Below, one piece after another: positions 53,064-62,391 of a DNA stretch of 64,000 nt. Under the pieces are notes generated by a model that made no database searches, was not told the DNA's origin, and worked only from the letters and a program-made list of their open reading frames with translations. Numbering within the stretch: position 1 is the first letter of the stretch; each line of letters begins with the position of its first letter. Origin of the DNA: Flavobacteriales bacterium (GTDB lineage: Bacteria > Bacteroidota > Bacteroidia > UBA10329); contig JBIKWM010000015.1 in the NCBI GenBank assembly GCA_044356305.1, positions 1,552 through 65,551 of the forward strand. The letters run 5' to 3'. The translations under genes and the position numbers were made by a program.

Positions 53064-56048
53064 ATGCACCTCAACTGCCACAGCCATTTCAGTTTCAGAT
53101 ATGGGCTGATGCCGCCCTCGGCACTGGTGGAGGCCGCCCGACAGTGGGGGCTGCCGGGCATGGCCCTCACCGACATCAACTGCACATCGGGCATGCTCGA
53201 CTATGTGCGCAGATGCCAGGACGCAGGGCTGCGGCCCGTGGTGGGGGTCGATTTCAGGACCGGTGCCCACCAGCACTTTGTGGCGCTGGCCGTTGACAAC
53301 GAAGGCCTGATGGCCATCAACCTGCACCTCACGGCCTTTCTGCTGCAGAAGGGCGGCCCCCCGCAGCCGCTCCATCACCCCCATGTGATTGTCATATACC
53401 CGTTCGGCCAGGTGCCCGACAGGGCCCTGGGGCCCGATGAGTACATCGGGGTGCGGCCCTACGACCTCACCCGCGTGCGGTTCAGCCCGCACTGGCGCAC
53501 CCACCGGCAGCGCATGGTGGCCATGGCCCCCTCCACCCTGCCCGATGCGAAGGCCTTCTACACCCATTGCCTGCTGCGGGCCATGGACCTGAACACGCTG
53601 CTGAGCAAGCTGGTGCCAACCGATGTGTGCCACCGCGATGATGTGCTGCCACCGCCCGATGCCCTGCACCGGACCTATGCAGAGTATCCGGACATGCTGG
53701 TGCGTGCCGATGAGCTGCTGGGCAGGTGCGAGGTGCATTTCGCCTTCGGCACCGACCAGGAGCACAACAACCTGCGCACTTTCAGCGGCAGTGTGGCGGG
53801 CGACCGCGAGATACTTCTGCGCCTCTGCCACGATGGCCTGCCCTACCGCTACGGTGCCGATCCGGGGCCCGATATCATGGCGCGGTTGGAAAAGGAGGTG
53901 GACCTCATCACCCAAAAGGGATTCCTGTCCTATTTCCTAATCAACCACGACATGTGCCGATACGCCCACAACAAGGGCTACATGCACGTGGGCCGTGGCA
54001 GCGGGGCCAACAGCATGGTGGCGTATCTGCTGCGCATAACAGACGTTGACCCCATCGGGCTCGACCTCTACTTTGAGCGGTTCATGAATCTGTACAGGCG
54101 CAACCCGCCCGATTTCGACATCGATTTCAGCCATCTGGACCGCAATGATGTGACGCGGTATCTCTTCAGCCGATACCCGAACACCGCGCTCCTGGCCGTA
54201 TACAGCACATTCCAGACCAGGGCGGCCCTGCGCGAACTGGGCAAGGTGTACGGTCTGCCCGCGGCCGAGATAGACTCCCTTTCAGATGAAGGCACCGACC
54301 CTGCCGCACTTGATGCGCGGAGCCGAAAGGTGCTGCATTATGCCCGCGCCATACACGACATGCCCAGTCATCTGAGCGTGCACTCGAGCGGAATCATCAT
54401 CAGCGAGCGGCCCATAGCGTGGTACACGGCCACCAGCCTGCCGCCCAAGGGCTTTCCCATCACGCACTTCAGCATGGAAGAGGCCGAGGATGCCGGGCTC
54501 TACAAATTTGATGTGCTGGCACAGCGCGGCCTGGGCAAGATAAAGGACGCGGTGCTGATGGTGAATGGCGGGCAGGGAGGGAATGCGGGCGCGGGAGGCG
54601 ATGATGCGGCAGTGCGGCACATTGACATTCACGACATAAAAAGATTCATTGAGGATGAGAAGATAAAGGAGCTGCTGCGCGAGGGCCGGGCCATAGGCTG
54701 TTTCTATGTAGAGAGTCCGGCCATGCGCATGTTGCTCAAAAAACTGCGTGTCGACACCTACCTGGGGCTGGTGGCGGCCAGTTCTGTGATCAGGCCGGGC
54801 GTGTCGCAGAGCGGCATGATGCAGGAGTACATCAAACGCTTCCGCGACCCCGAGGAACGGAAGAAGGCCCACCCTGTGCTGGCGCAGATCATGCCCGACA
54901 CGTTCGGGGTGATGGTGTATCAGGAGGATGTGATAAAGGTGGCGCACCTGTTTGCCGGGCTCGACCTGGGCGAGGCCGATGTGCTGCGCAGGGGCATGAG
55001 CGGCAAGTTCCGGGGCCGCGAGGAGTTTGCCCGGGTGCAGAGGCGCTTTTTTGAGGGCTGCCGCCAACTGGGCCGCACCGATGGCGATGCGCGCGAGGTG
55101 TGGCGGCAGATTGAGAGTTTTGCCGGATATGCCTTCGCCAAGGGCCATTCGGCCTCGTATGCGGTAGAGAGCTACCAGAGCCTGTACCTTAAGGCGCATC
55201 ATCCGCTCGCATACATGGTGGCCACGTTGAACAACGGTGGCGGCTTTTACCGCCCCGAGTTCTATGTGCACGAGGCGCGGCTGCACGGGGCCAGCATTGA
55301 GCCGCCCTGCGTGGCCACCGGTCACGGCCACTGCACCCTGCGCGGCACCACCATTGTGCTGGGCATGCAGATGCTGCTCAATCTGAGCGGGGACACGGTG
55401 AGGGAAATAGTTGAATCGCGCGAGAAGGACGGCCCCTTCACGGGCCTCGACAATCTGCTGGACCGCACCACGATGGGGCTTGAGCAGGCGCAGGTCCTCA
55501 TCAGGGCCGATGCGCTGCGCAGCTTCGGCATACCCAAGCGCCAGTTGCTGTGGCAGGCGCACCTCAGGTTCGGGCTGCAACGCCCGGCCCCGGTACAGCC
55601 CAGGCTATTTGCTGACGAGCGCAGGCAGTTCGTCATGCCCGCCCTTACATCCACGCAGCTCGAAGATGCCTTTGATCAGATGGAACTGCTCGGTTTTCCG
55701 CTCTGCGACCCCTTTCTGTTGGCCCGCGACCCGCTGCCCCAAGGGGTGGTGGTGCGCAATCTGCCCGAGCTTGTAGGCAAAGAGGTGGAGGCCGTGGGCT
55801 ATGTGGTGACGGTGAAGCGCACCGCCACACGCAACGGCCAGCTCATGTATTTCGGCACCTTCATTGACCGCGAAGGATATTTCCTTGACACCGTCCATTT
55901 TCCGCAGGTGGCCCTGAGCCATCCGTACCGCGGCCGCGGGCTATACCACATCAAAGGCCGCGTGGCCGTTGAGTTCGGCTACCACAGCATTGAAGTGACC
56001 GCGTTTGATAGATTGGCCCTGATGCCCGATCCGAGGTTGGTGGATTAG
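53064..56048 (+). CDS. dnaE2: Error-prone DNA polymerase III alpha-type subunit (DnaE2-like)
   Basis: 994 aa. PHP domain start MHLNCHSHFSFRYG, Pol III alpha core, OB-fold C-terminus. It is shorter than a replicative DnaE and divergent from dinB. Confidence 0.8.
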   Translation: MHLNCHSHFSFRYGLMPPSALVEAARQWGLPGMALTDINCTSGMLDYVRRCQDAGLRPVVGVDFRTGAHQHFVALAVDNEGLMAINLHLTAFLLQKGGPPQPLHHPHVIVIYPFGQVPDRALGPDEYIGVRPYDLTRVRFSPHWRTHRQRMVAMAPSTLPDAKAFYTHCLLRAMDLNTLLSKLVPTDVCHRDDVLPPPDALHRTYAEYPDMLVRADELLGRCEVHFAFGTDQEHNNLRTFSGSVAGDREILLRLCHDGLPYRYGADPGPDIMARLEKEVDLITQKGFLSYFLINHDMCRYAHNKGYMHVGRGSGANSMVAYLLRITDVDPIGLDLYFERFMNLYRRNPPDFDIDFSHLDRNDVTRYLFSRYPNTALLAVYSTFQTRAALRELGKVYGLPAAEIDSLSDEGTDPAALDARSRKVLHYARAIHDMPSHLSVHSSGIIISERPIAWYTATSLPPKGFPITHFSMEEAEDAGLYKFDVLAQRGLGKIKDAVLMVNGGQGGNAGAGGDDAAVRHIDIHDIKRFIEDEKIKELLREGRAIGCFYVESPAMRMLLKKLRVDTYLGLVAASSVIRPGVSQSGMMQEYIKRFRDPEERKKAHPVLAQIMPDTFGVMVYQEDVIKVAHLFAGLDLGEADVLRRGMSGKFRGREEFARVQRRFFEGCRQLGRTDGDAREVWRQIESFAGYAFAKGHSASYAVESYQSLYLKAHHPLAYMVATLNNGGGFYRPEFYVHEARLHGASIEPPCVATGHGHCTLRGTTIVLGMQMLLNLSGDTVREIVESREKDGPFTGLDNLLDRTTMGLEQAQVLIRADALRSFGIPKRQLLWQAHLRFGLQRPAPVQPRLFADERRQFVMPALTSTQLEDAFDQMELLGFPLCDPFLLARDPLPQGVVVRNLPELVGKEVEAVGYVVTVKRTATRNGQLMYFGTFIDREGYFLDTVHFPQVALSHPYRGRGLYHIKGRVAVEFGYHSIEVTAFDRLALMPDPRLVD

Positions 56049-56262
56049 GTCTGAACGATGCGCCAAGTTGCTCGCATCCTTCTTGGTCTCTATCACTCAA
56101 AAACAGGTCATCGACCCTGAAGGGGCGGAATTAGTTGTCAAAAGGAATCAGAACAAAGTGCCGACCCCCCGAACCCGCCACCCGACTGATGACCGAAACC
56201 CGAGCCCCCCGTGTGTGACATCAGTCATATTCGATTGTGTGACTCCCTTCGACCTTTGCGGC

Positions 56263-56874
56263 ATGATCACAAAGGAGCGATACTATAAAGGCCTTACCTA
56301 TGCCGCCTACCGCGCACGGGTGGCCGAGGAGTTTGAGCAGGGCCGTGTGACCGGCAACGAGCAGACCGAGGCCCGACTGGGGTTCACAAAACTGAACATG
56401 CACCGCATGGACCGCTGGGACCGCACGTTTGCGCCCGACCCGGCCACCATGGCGTGCATAGCCGGCACCGAGGGCAGGTTCCATTGGCTCGTGCTGGCCG
56501 AGGGCTGGTGCGGGGATGCGGCTCAGAACCTGCCTATCATAGCGCGGCTGGCCGAGGCATCGCCCGATATTGACCTGCGGATATTGCTGCGCGATGAGAA
56601 CCTGGATGTGATGGACCGATTCCTGACCAACGGGGGCCGCGCCATCCCGAAACTGATTGTACTCGACTCCGATTTCAGACCCATCGATCAGTGGGGCCCA
56701 CGGCCAAAGGAGATACAGGACCAGGTGACAGCGAACAAGCAGAGCGGGGCCCTGACCAAGGAGGAGATGGATGTACAGATACACACCTGGTACGCCCACA
56801 ACCGTGGGGTGGCGCTACAGAAGGAGATACGCGAGATGATGTGCCGCCTGGTGCCGGCCAGCGACAGGGCCTAA
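56263..56874 (+). CDS. Thioredoxin-fold family protein
   Basis: WCGD motif (AEGWCGDAAQ) in a thioredoxin-like fold. The start is trimmed to the Met at 56263. The upstream part of the ORF is C-rich low complexity. Confidence 0.45.
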   Translation: MITKERYYKGLTYAAYRARVAEEFEQGRVTGNEQTEARLGFTKLNMHRMDRWDRTFAPDPATMACIAGTEGRFHWLVLAEGWCGDAAQNLPIIARLAEASPDIDLRILLRDENLDVMDRFLTNGGRAIPKLIVLDSDFRPIDQWGPRPKEIQDQVTANKQSGALTKEEMDVQIHTWYAHNRGVALQKEIREMMCRLVPASDRA

Positions 56875-57455
56875 GCCTTCAGCATACTCACCCACAGCTC
56901 GTTGCCCATGCGCGGGGCCACCGAATTGCGGCAGGGCTCCATTTTCCCAATGGTGAATCCGGAGGCAAAAAGTTGGCGGTACTCGGCCTCGCTGCCCCCA
57001 AAGGGCGGCCGGTCAGCATTGAGGGGAATGTTGAACAACACACCCACCAGTCGCCCGCCCGGTGCCAACAGCCGTGGCAGGGCGGTGGCATAGGTGGTGC
57101 GCAGGGCCGGGTCGAGTGCGCAGAAGAATGTCTGCTCCACTATCAGGTCGTAAGTGCCCTGATGGGCAAACAGGTCGCCAAGTATCACTTTTTCCTTCGG
57201 GAACGATGGCACCCGCTGTTTGAACCGCTCCACCGCGCTGGGTGCCAGGTCAATCACCGTGACATCGGTAAACCCGTTGGCGTGCAGGTACTCGGCCTCG
57301 TAGGCATTGCCGCATCCGGGTATGAGTATGCGCTGGTCCCTGCCGACCGATGTGTCGAAATACGCCTTGAGCGGTGGCGACACGGTGCCCAGGTCCCAGC
57401 CTGTTTCGCTGTTCCTGTAGCGCTGTTCCCAAAAAGTGCTGTCGAGTTCCATCAT
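56871..57455 (-). CDS. SAM-dependent methyltransferase, thiopurine/thiol S-methyltransferase family
   Basis: 194 aa. WEQRYRNSETGWD N-terminus and SAM motif I ILIPGCGNAYE. Confidence 0.6.
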   Translation of the reverse strand: MMELDSTFWEQRYRNSETGWDLGTVSPPLKAYFDTSVGRDQRILIPGCGNAYEAEYLHANGFTDVTVIDLAPSAVERFKQRVPSFPKEKVILGDLFAHQGTYDLIVEQTFFCALDPALRTTYATALPRLLAPGGRLVGVLFNIPLNADRPPFGGSEAEYRQLFASGFTIGKMEPCRNSVAPRMGNELWVSMLKA

Positions 57456-57539
57456 GTGGCGACAAAGGTGCGTGGGCCGGGTGATTACTCTACTTGAATA
57501 GACTTGTCTGAAAATGCCGATGACACAAATCCGGAACGA

Positions 57540-58133
57540 TCATCCTACACGTCTTATCCGCACGGTTGCCATCGGGACATGCAGATCCAGCCCCAGCACC
57601 TTGCCCTTGCTGACGTGATACGTTGACCTGTTGCCGTTCTTGCACGTCACCAGCAATTCGCCTGTTTCCTTGCCGCGGTCGAGGGTGGAATAGCTGCAGT
57701 CCTCCTCGCAGAACACCTTGTCCGCTTTGCGCCCCGGCTCGAAATACAGTTTCAGGAGCGAATAGCTGATGGGGCCGTGCATCAGGCGCACGCCCGCATG
57801 CGACTCAATGCGGTACTGGTCGTCTGCCCGCTGCACCTTGGCCCACTTCTCTTTGTTGCCTCTGTTCAGGTAGATATAGTCTGACGAATGGAGGATGCCG
57901 TTGCGGTAGCGCACCTGGTACCTCGATTCCTCCTCGCGCTTCATCCACAGGAAATCGGTCTTGCCCTTGGCGGTAAGGGTGTACAGCTCGGTGCTGTCGT
58001 TCTCTTGGGTGCGCGCCACGGTCATAGACCCGAACGTGATGCCGAACACGCTCATCTCATACACCAGCACCTGTGCCCCCGCCCAATGGGCACATAACAG
58101 CAGAACAGGCACAAGGAGTCTGGTAATGACCAT
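57540..58133 (-). CDS. Secreted hypothetical protein
   Basis: Signal peptide from the Met at 58133 (MVITRLLVPVLLLCAHWAGAQ). No recognisable domain. Confidence 0.4.
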   Translation of the reverse strand: MVITRLLVPVLLLCAHWAGAQVLVYEMSVFGITFGSMTVARTQENDSTELYTLTAKGKTDFLWMKREEESRYQVRYRNGILHSSDYIYLNRGNKEKWAKVQRADDQYRIESHAGVRLMHGPISYSLLKLYFEPGRKADKVFCEEDCSYSTLDRGKETGELLVTCKNGNRSTYHVSKGKVLGLDLHVPMATVRIRRVG

Positions 58134-58515
58134 GGAAATCGGGGCCTCCGAAGGTAAGGCCGTGCAGTAGCAGGTGCCCCACACCTTCCGCACGCACCTT
58201 GCCGACCACCGCAATCGGCCCGCACCCTGCTCTGATCGGATCAAAATTCCATGCTCACTGTATGTGCACCCACGCACATTGATTTGTAAATCATCATTAT
58301 AATTCTTGATGTTATGCGTGCCTCATATCGAGCTCTCCTTACTTTCCACATTCACTCCTATACTTTATACATTTACACTTTTACACCATATCCTTCATCA
58401 CATTTCTCTCGCATTACTTCACATTTACCACACTATCCTACATCTCTTATAATGTTATCTCCTATTTTTACCCGCGCTCATCATCATACACCAGCAACAG
58501 CATCAACCATTTCAC

Positions 58516-59184
58516 ATGCCCATAGACGAACACGCTGAACGGCCCTACCGCATTGACGATGCGAATGCCATGTCTTTTTCAGGGACGATGCACCTCATAT
58601 TTCAAGAGCGCGAGGCCGTGTTCGCGGCCTTCGACCCCGACTTTGCCCCGCCCTTTGCAGCCAACTGGAAGGCAGCCACCGAACTGGCCTACGACCAGTA
58701 TTCTGACGAACTGACCGTGGACGAGCTGGCCGGTTTCACGGAGGAGGTGAACAAGGCCATAAAGCAGGGACGCAGCACCATGGCCGACCTGCGGTTCTTT
58801 GTGCACAAGGCATTCGGCACCAAGGGGCTGGCAGCGGTGTTCAACTTCAAGGCCCACGACCGCCTTACAAGGCAGCCGGCCAACTACATCATTTACCTGC
58901 GGGTGCAGCATGCCATGGCCCAGCAGTTCAGCGCGCAGCTCACCGCCAAGGGCATGACCCCGGCCCAGATAGCAGCCATAGCGGCCGCGGCCGACCAACT
59001 GGCCGCAGCCGAACTGGCCCAAGAGACCTTCAAGCGCGAACGCCTGCGCAGGACCGTGCAGCGCAAGGATGTGATGGCCGCCATGTGGGCCTACCTGCAA
59101 CAGGTGCACCGGGCCGCACAGGTCATCTATGCCGAAGATGAAGTGATGCGCAACATCTTTGCGTTAGACCCGCCCAACCACTGA
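58516..59184 (+). CDS. Hypothetical protein (Ala-rich C-terminal half)
   Basis: 222 aa ORF with coding-like composition and no recognisable motif. Confidence 0.35.
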   Translation: MPIDEHAERPYRIDDANAMSFSGTMHLIFQEREAVFAAFDPDFAPPFAANWKAATELAYDQYSDELTVDELAGFTEEVNKAIKQGRSTMADLRFFVHKAFGTKGLAAVFNFKAHDRLTRQPANYIIYLRVQHAMAQQFSAQLTAKGMTPAQIAAIAAAADQLAAAELAQETFKRERLRRTVQRKDVMAAMWAYLQQVHRAAQVIYAEDEVMRNIFALDPPNH

Positions 59185-59195
59185 CCCACCCCGCA

Positions 59196-59309
59196 ATGAA
59201 TCCGATGCACGTTCTGGTCGTCCCACAGGGCCATGTGGCTGCCGTTCAAAAAAAGTCTGTGCCCCTGCCGTTGCTGCAGATATTCGCTCTGAAGTTTACC
59301 TTTGAACAT
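59196..59309 (-). pseudogene. Decayed fragment homologous to the 3' end of the adjacent alpha/beta-hydrolase gene
   Basis: Encodes ...LFLNGSHMALWDDQ..., paralleling the C-terminus of the hydrolase at 59877-60893 (...CPNGSHMALWDDQEVY...). It contains a 33-nt exact repeat, 59217-59249 = 59928-59960. Confidence 0.4.
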
Positions 59310-59326
59310 TAGATCGGTAAAACCCC

Positions 59327-59551
59327 ATGGCCATGAACCTCCGCGCAGAAGTCCTCACCTTGGTCGAGGAAGAACAGGACCCAGATGTCCTGGCGGCTGT
59401 CCGCGATCTCCTGTTGAAGTCCGATACGGATTGGTGGGTCAAGCTCGGTGCGGCCGAAAAAGCATCGGTCAGGCGAGGCATCGACCAAGCTGATGCCGGA
59501 CTGGGGGTTTCGCATAATGAAGCGATGAAGCCGTATCAAAAGTGGCAATGA
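59327..59551 (+). CDS. Type II antitoxin, addiction-module-component family
   Basis: 74 aa. ...EEQDPDVLAAVRDLLLKSDTDWW...SVRRGIDQADAG pattern of small addiction-module antitoxins. Confidence 0.55.
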   Translation: MAMNLRAEVLTLVEEEQDPDVLAAVRDLLLKSDTDWWVKLGAAEKASVRRGIDQADAGLGVSHNEAMKPYQKWQ

Positions 59552-59562
59552 GGATTGTCTGA

Positions 59563-59856
59563 ATGCCTGAGGCATTGGCCAATTTCGCCAGCATCTGTGG
59601 GTATCTTGAAACAGCATGGACAGAGAACGAAGTGCGCAACTTTGTGCAGCAGACTGACCGGCTCATCCATCTTTTATCTCAAGGCAATGTCTCATTCCAG
59701 CGCTCTGCCCAGGCCAATTGCCACAGAGTTCCGATCACGCCACACAACATGCTCTACTATCGTATTTCTGGTGACGTTTTGGAGATTCTCACCATTTGGG
59801 ACACTCGTCAGGACCCCTTGAAAAATCGGAGGGAAGATGGGAGTGATATGACCTGA
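59563..59856 (+). CDS. Type II toxin, RelE/ParE family
   Basis: 97 aa. C-terminal HRVPITPHNMLYYRISGDVLEILTIWDTRQDP is typical of RelE/ParE. It starts 12 nt after the antitoxin stop. Confidence 0.55.
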   Translation: MPEALANFASICGYLETAWTENEVRNFVQQTDRLIHLLSQGNVSFQRSAQANCHRVPITPHNMLYYRISGDVLEILTIWDTRQDPLKNRREDGSDMT

Positions 59857-59876
59857 ACCGGCCCATCACCGCTAAC

Positions 59877-60893
59877 TCATCTCGCGCTCTCGGTTAAAAA
59901 TCCGATCACCCCGCTCATATACACCTCCTGGTCGTCCCACAGGGCCATGTGGCTGCCGTTGGGGCAGTAGTGGTAGCGGCCGTTCTGCACCAGCGCGGCC
60001 ATCTCCTTCATCTCCTCGGGGTTCATGCTGTCGTATCGGGCGCCCACGGTAAGGGTGGGCACGCGTATCTCCTTTAGCCGGTCCCACACGGTCCAGTCTT
60101 TAAGTATGCCGCCCGGCACAAACTCGCTGGGCCCCTGCATGTGCACATACACGGCCGGGTTGAGGTGCCTGAAAGTGCGCTGCACCGCCTCCGGAAAGGG
60201 GTATATGCGGCAGATGTGGCGGGCATAGAACTCCTTTTCCACCAGTTGCAGGTAGAGCGGGTCGGTATAGGCCCCTTTGGCCTCAAACGCCTTGAGGCTA
60301 TCGACCAGCGTGGGGCGCAGCTGCGACCGCAGTTTCTCGTTGTAGGCCGCATAGCGGTGAAAATCGGCAGTCATGTTGCTCACCACCAGCCCCTTCAGGT
60401 TGTGCTGATACTTGAGGGCATATTCCAGCGCAAGGATTCCGCCCCAGCTGTGGCCCAGCAGAAAGAAGTTGGTGCTGTCCAGCCCAAGCGCCACCCGCAC
60501 CTGCTCCACCTCCTCCACAAATCGCCCGAGGGTGTACAGGTCCATATCATCGGGCTGATCAGAGTAATAGGAACCCAACTGGTCGTAAGCATAGAACTCG
60601 ATGCCCGCCTCGGGGAAAAAGCTCTGGAAAGCCTCGAGGTACTCGTGGGTGCAGGCCGGGCCCCCGTGCAGCAGCAGCACCTTCATGGTAGGGCTGTTGC
60701 CGTGGCGCCTGGTCCACACCTTGTAGCCTTCCTTCAGTTCTATCATGCGCACCCCACCGGCCTGATAGGCCCCCTCGTCCTTGAATGCCAGATACTGGCA
60801 GGGGTCGTCTGCCTTGGCGGGCGGTGCGGGTGCTTGGCATGACGAGGCCATGAGCCAGAGCAGCATGATGCCGGAGAGTGCTTTTTGTATCAT
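59877..60893 (-). CDS. Alpha/beta hydrolase, proline iminopeptidase-like (S33), lipoprotein
   Basis: 338 aa. Lipobox LMASSC, HGGP oxyanion motif, nucleophile elbow GHSWGG. Confidence 0.75.
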   Translation of the reverse strand: MIQKALSGIMLLWLMASSCQAPAPPAKADDPCQYLAFKDEGAYQAGGVRMIELKEGYKVWTRRHGNSPTMKVLLLHGGPACTHEYLEAFQSFFPEAGIEFYAYDQLGSYYSDQPDDMDLYTLGRFVEEVEQVRVALGLDSTNFFLLGHSWGGILALEYALKYQHNLKGLVVSNMTADFHRYAAYNEKLRSQLRPTLVDSLKAFEAKGAYTDPLYLQLVEKEFYARHICRIYPFPEAVQRTFRHLNPAVYVHMQGPSEFVPGGILKDWTVWDRLKEIRVPTLTVGARYDSMNPEEMKEMAALVQNGRYHYCPNGSHMALWDDQEVYMSGVIGFLTESAR

Positions 60894-61519
60894 TCAGATG
60901 GGCGATTGAATAGGTCAATGATGTCGGTACCGGTCAGGTGGATGGCCTGTAGGCCCGCCATCCGGGCGCCCTCCACGTGCTGGGGCGAGTCGTCAATGAA
61001 CAGTGTGGCGGCCGGGTCGAGGCCGTTCTCGTGGCAGACACGGGTAAAAATGGCCGGGTCCGGCTTGCGCATCCCCATCTGGTACGACAGGTACACCCGC
61101 CCGAAGAACCCGCTCAGATCCGTCAGGCCGTGCGCCCTTTGCAACTGCGCCCCGAAAGCATCAATGTGAATGGCGTTGGTGTTGCTAAGCAGGAACAACC
61201 TACGGCCATGGGCCAACTCCCTGAGCAGATCCAGCCGGGCCGCGGGCAGGTCGAGGAGCATGGCGTTCCATGCATCGTCTATCTCAGCATCCGTCACATC
61301 AGCGCGCAGATGCGACCGCAGCCCGAGGCGGAAATCGGCATCGCCTATCTGCCCCGTCTCATACAGGTCAAACAGATGCTCCTGCCTCAATTGCGTGAAA
61401 TGCCGCTCGAAATCGACCATGCCCAAGGCCCTGAACGCCCTGATGGTGCGGTGATAATCAATGTTCCGGATCACCCCGCCCAGATCGAAAATGATGGTAT
61501 GGAAGTCGCGCGGATGCAT
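60890..61519 (-). CDS. HAD-superfamily phosphatase (HAD-IA)
   Basis: 209 aa. DxG motif I IIFDLGGV and downstream HAD motifs. Overlaps the hydrolase gene by 4 nt. Confidence 0.75.
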   Translation of the reverse strand: MHPRDFHTIIFDLGGVIRNIDYHRTIRAFRALGMVDFERHFTQLRQEHLFDLYETGQIGDADFRLGLRSHLRADVTDAEIDDAWNAMLLDLPAARLDLLRELAHGRRLFLLSNTNAIHIDAFGAQLQRAHGLTDLSGFFGRVYLSYQMGMRKPDPAIFTRVCHENGLDPAATLFIDDSPQHVEGARMAGLQAIHLTGTDIIDLFNRPSE

Positions 61520-61580
61520 GTTGCAGGTGCCGCGATGAAAGTATACTTTTGCGCCCCTTCCTGAAAAAAACAGGAGGCCC

Positions 61581-61654
61581 GGGCCCTTAGCTCAGTCGGT
61601 TAGAGCAACAGACTCATAATCTGTGGGTCGTTGGTTCGAGCCCAACAGGGCCCA
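61581..61654 (+). tRNA. tRNA with CAT anticodon, non-initiator, probably tRNA-Ile2 (lysidine) rather than elongator Met
   Basis: GGGCCCTTAGCTCAGTCGGTTAGAGCAACAGACTCATAATCTGTGGGTCGTTGGTTCGAGCCCAACAGGGCCCA. The anticodon stem lacks the 3 G-C pairs of initiator tRNA. Overall closer to the E. coli ileX pattern than to metT. Confidence 0.8.
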
Positions 61655-61746
61655 CGTCAGAAGAGAGACCCCCAGGGCCATGTGCCTTGGGGGTCTTGTC
61701 GCATATGACGGGGTGTCTGTATAGTTTAGCGCCCTCTCATCCCGCC

Positions 61747-62391
61747 ATGCACAGAATATCCATAATCGCCCTGCTCGGCCTCAGTTGCGCAGCAGTACAG
61801 GCCCAGGTCACAGTGAAAGAAAGCGCCAAATCCATTGCCGGGGCCAGCAACAACACCCTCAATGTTATGATCAAAGGGGGCGACACCAAGGCCCTGGCCA
61901 AAGAGGTGCAGCGTTTCATGAAGGATATGGGCTGCAAGGTGAACGAGAACAAGGACGGCACCCTGTTCGGTGACGACTGTGAGGTGAAGGCCATGGGCCC
62001 GAACACATTTGATATGCACGGCCGCCTGGACCCCATACCCGGAGAGGGGGTCGATGTGGTGCTGGCCATTGACCTCGGAGGGGCGTTCCTATCCTCGGCC
62101 GCCCATCCGGAGCGATTTGCCCCTGCCCGCGAGATGGTGTACAGGTTTGCGGTAGAGAAGACCCGCGATGTGATAGGTCAGGACATTAAAAAGGTTGAAG
62201 GGGTTATTGCGGAAAAGGAGAAGGAGCAGGCGCGCCTGGAAGCAGACAGGGCCAAACTGCAAAAAGACCTTGAAGAACTGAATGCCAGGATCGCAGCGGC
62301 CGAGACGGCCATAATCGGAAAAAAGGCCGAGATCCAGCTTCAGCGCGAACAGATCACATCGCTCGAGAAGAAGCGGTATGATGTACGATGA
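61747..62391 (+). CDS. Secreted protein with a C-terminal coiled coil
   Basis: Signal peptide from the Met at 61747 (MHRISIIALLGLSCAAVQAQ). The C-terminal 70 aa are heptad-like (EKEKEQARLEADRAKLQKDLEELNARIAAAE). Confidence 0.4.
   Translation: MHRISIIALLGLSCAAVQAQVTVKESAKSIAGASNNTLNVMIKGGDTKALAKEVQRFMKDMGCKVNENKDGTLFGDDCEVKAMGPNTFDMHGRLDPIPGEGVDVVLAIDLGGAFLSSAAHPERFAPAREMVYRFAVEKTRDVIGQDIKKVEGVIAEKEKEQARLEADRAKLQKDLEELNARIAAAETAIIGKKAEIQLQREQITSLEKKRYDVR

Noticed and set aside
53016-55580. Minus-strand ORFs (53016-53915, 54282-55580) within dnaE2
   Set aside because: Shadow frames of the polymerase gene. Their composition (poly Gly/Ala/His/Arg) is typical of GC-rich antisense reading.
56068-56262. 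C-rich low-complexity sequence (ccgacccccgaacccgccacccg...) upstream of the thioredoxin-fold gene, considered as a riboswitch or ncRNA
   Set aside because: No recognisable conserved riboswitch core or stable structure. It is more likely just the untranslated leader or a mis-extended ORF region.
58314-58538. 74-aa ORF (MRASYRALLTFHIHSYTLYIYTFTPYP...)
   Set aside because: It lies entirely in the G-depleted CT-rich tract. The His/Thr/Tyr/Pro-rich product is a composition artefact rather than a plausible protein.
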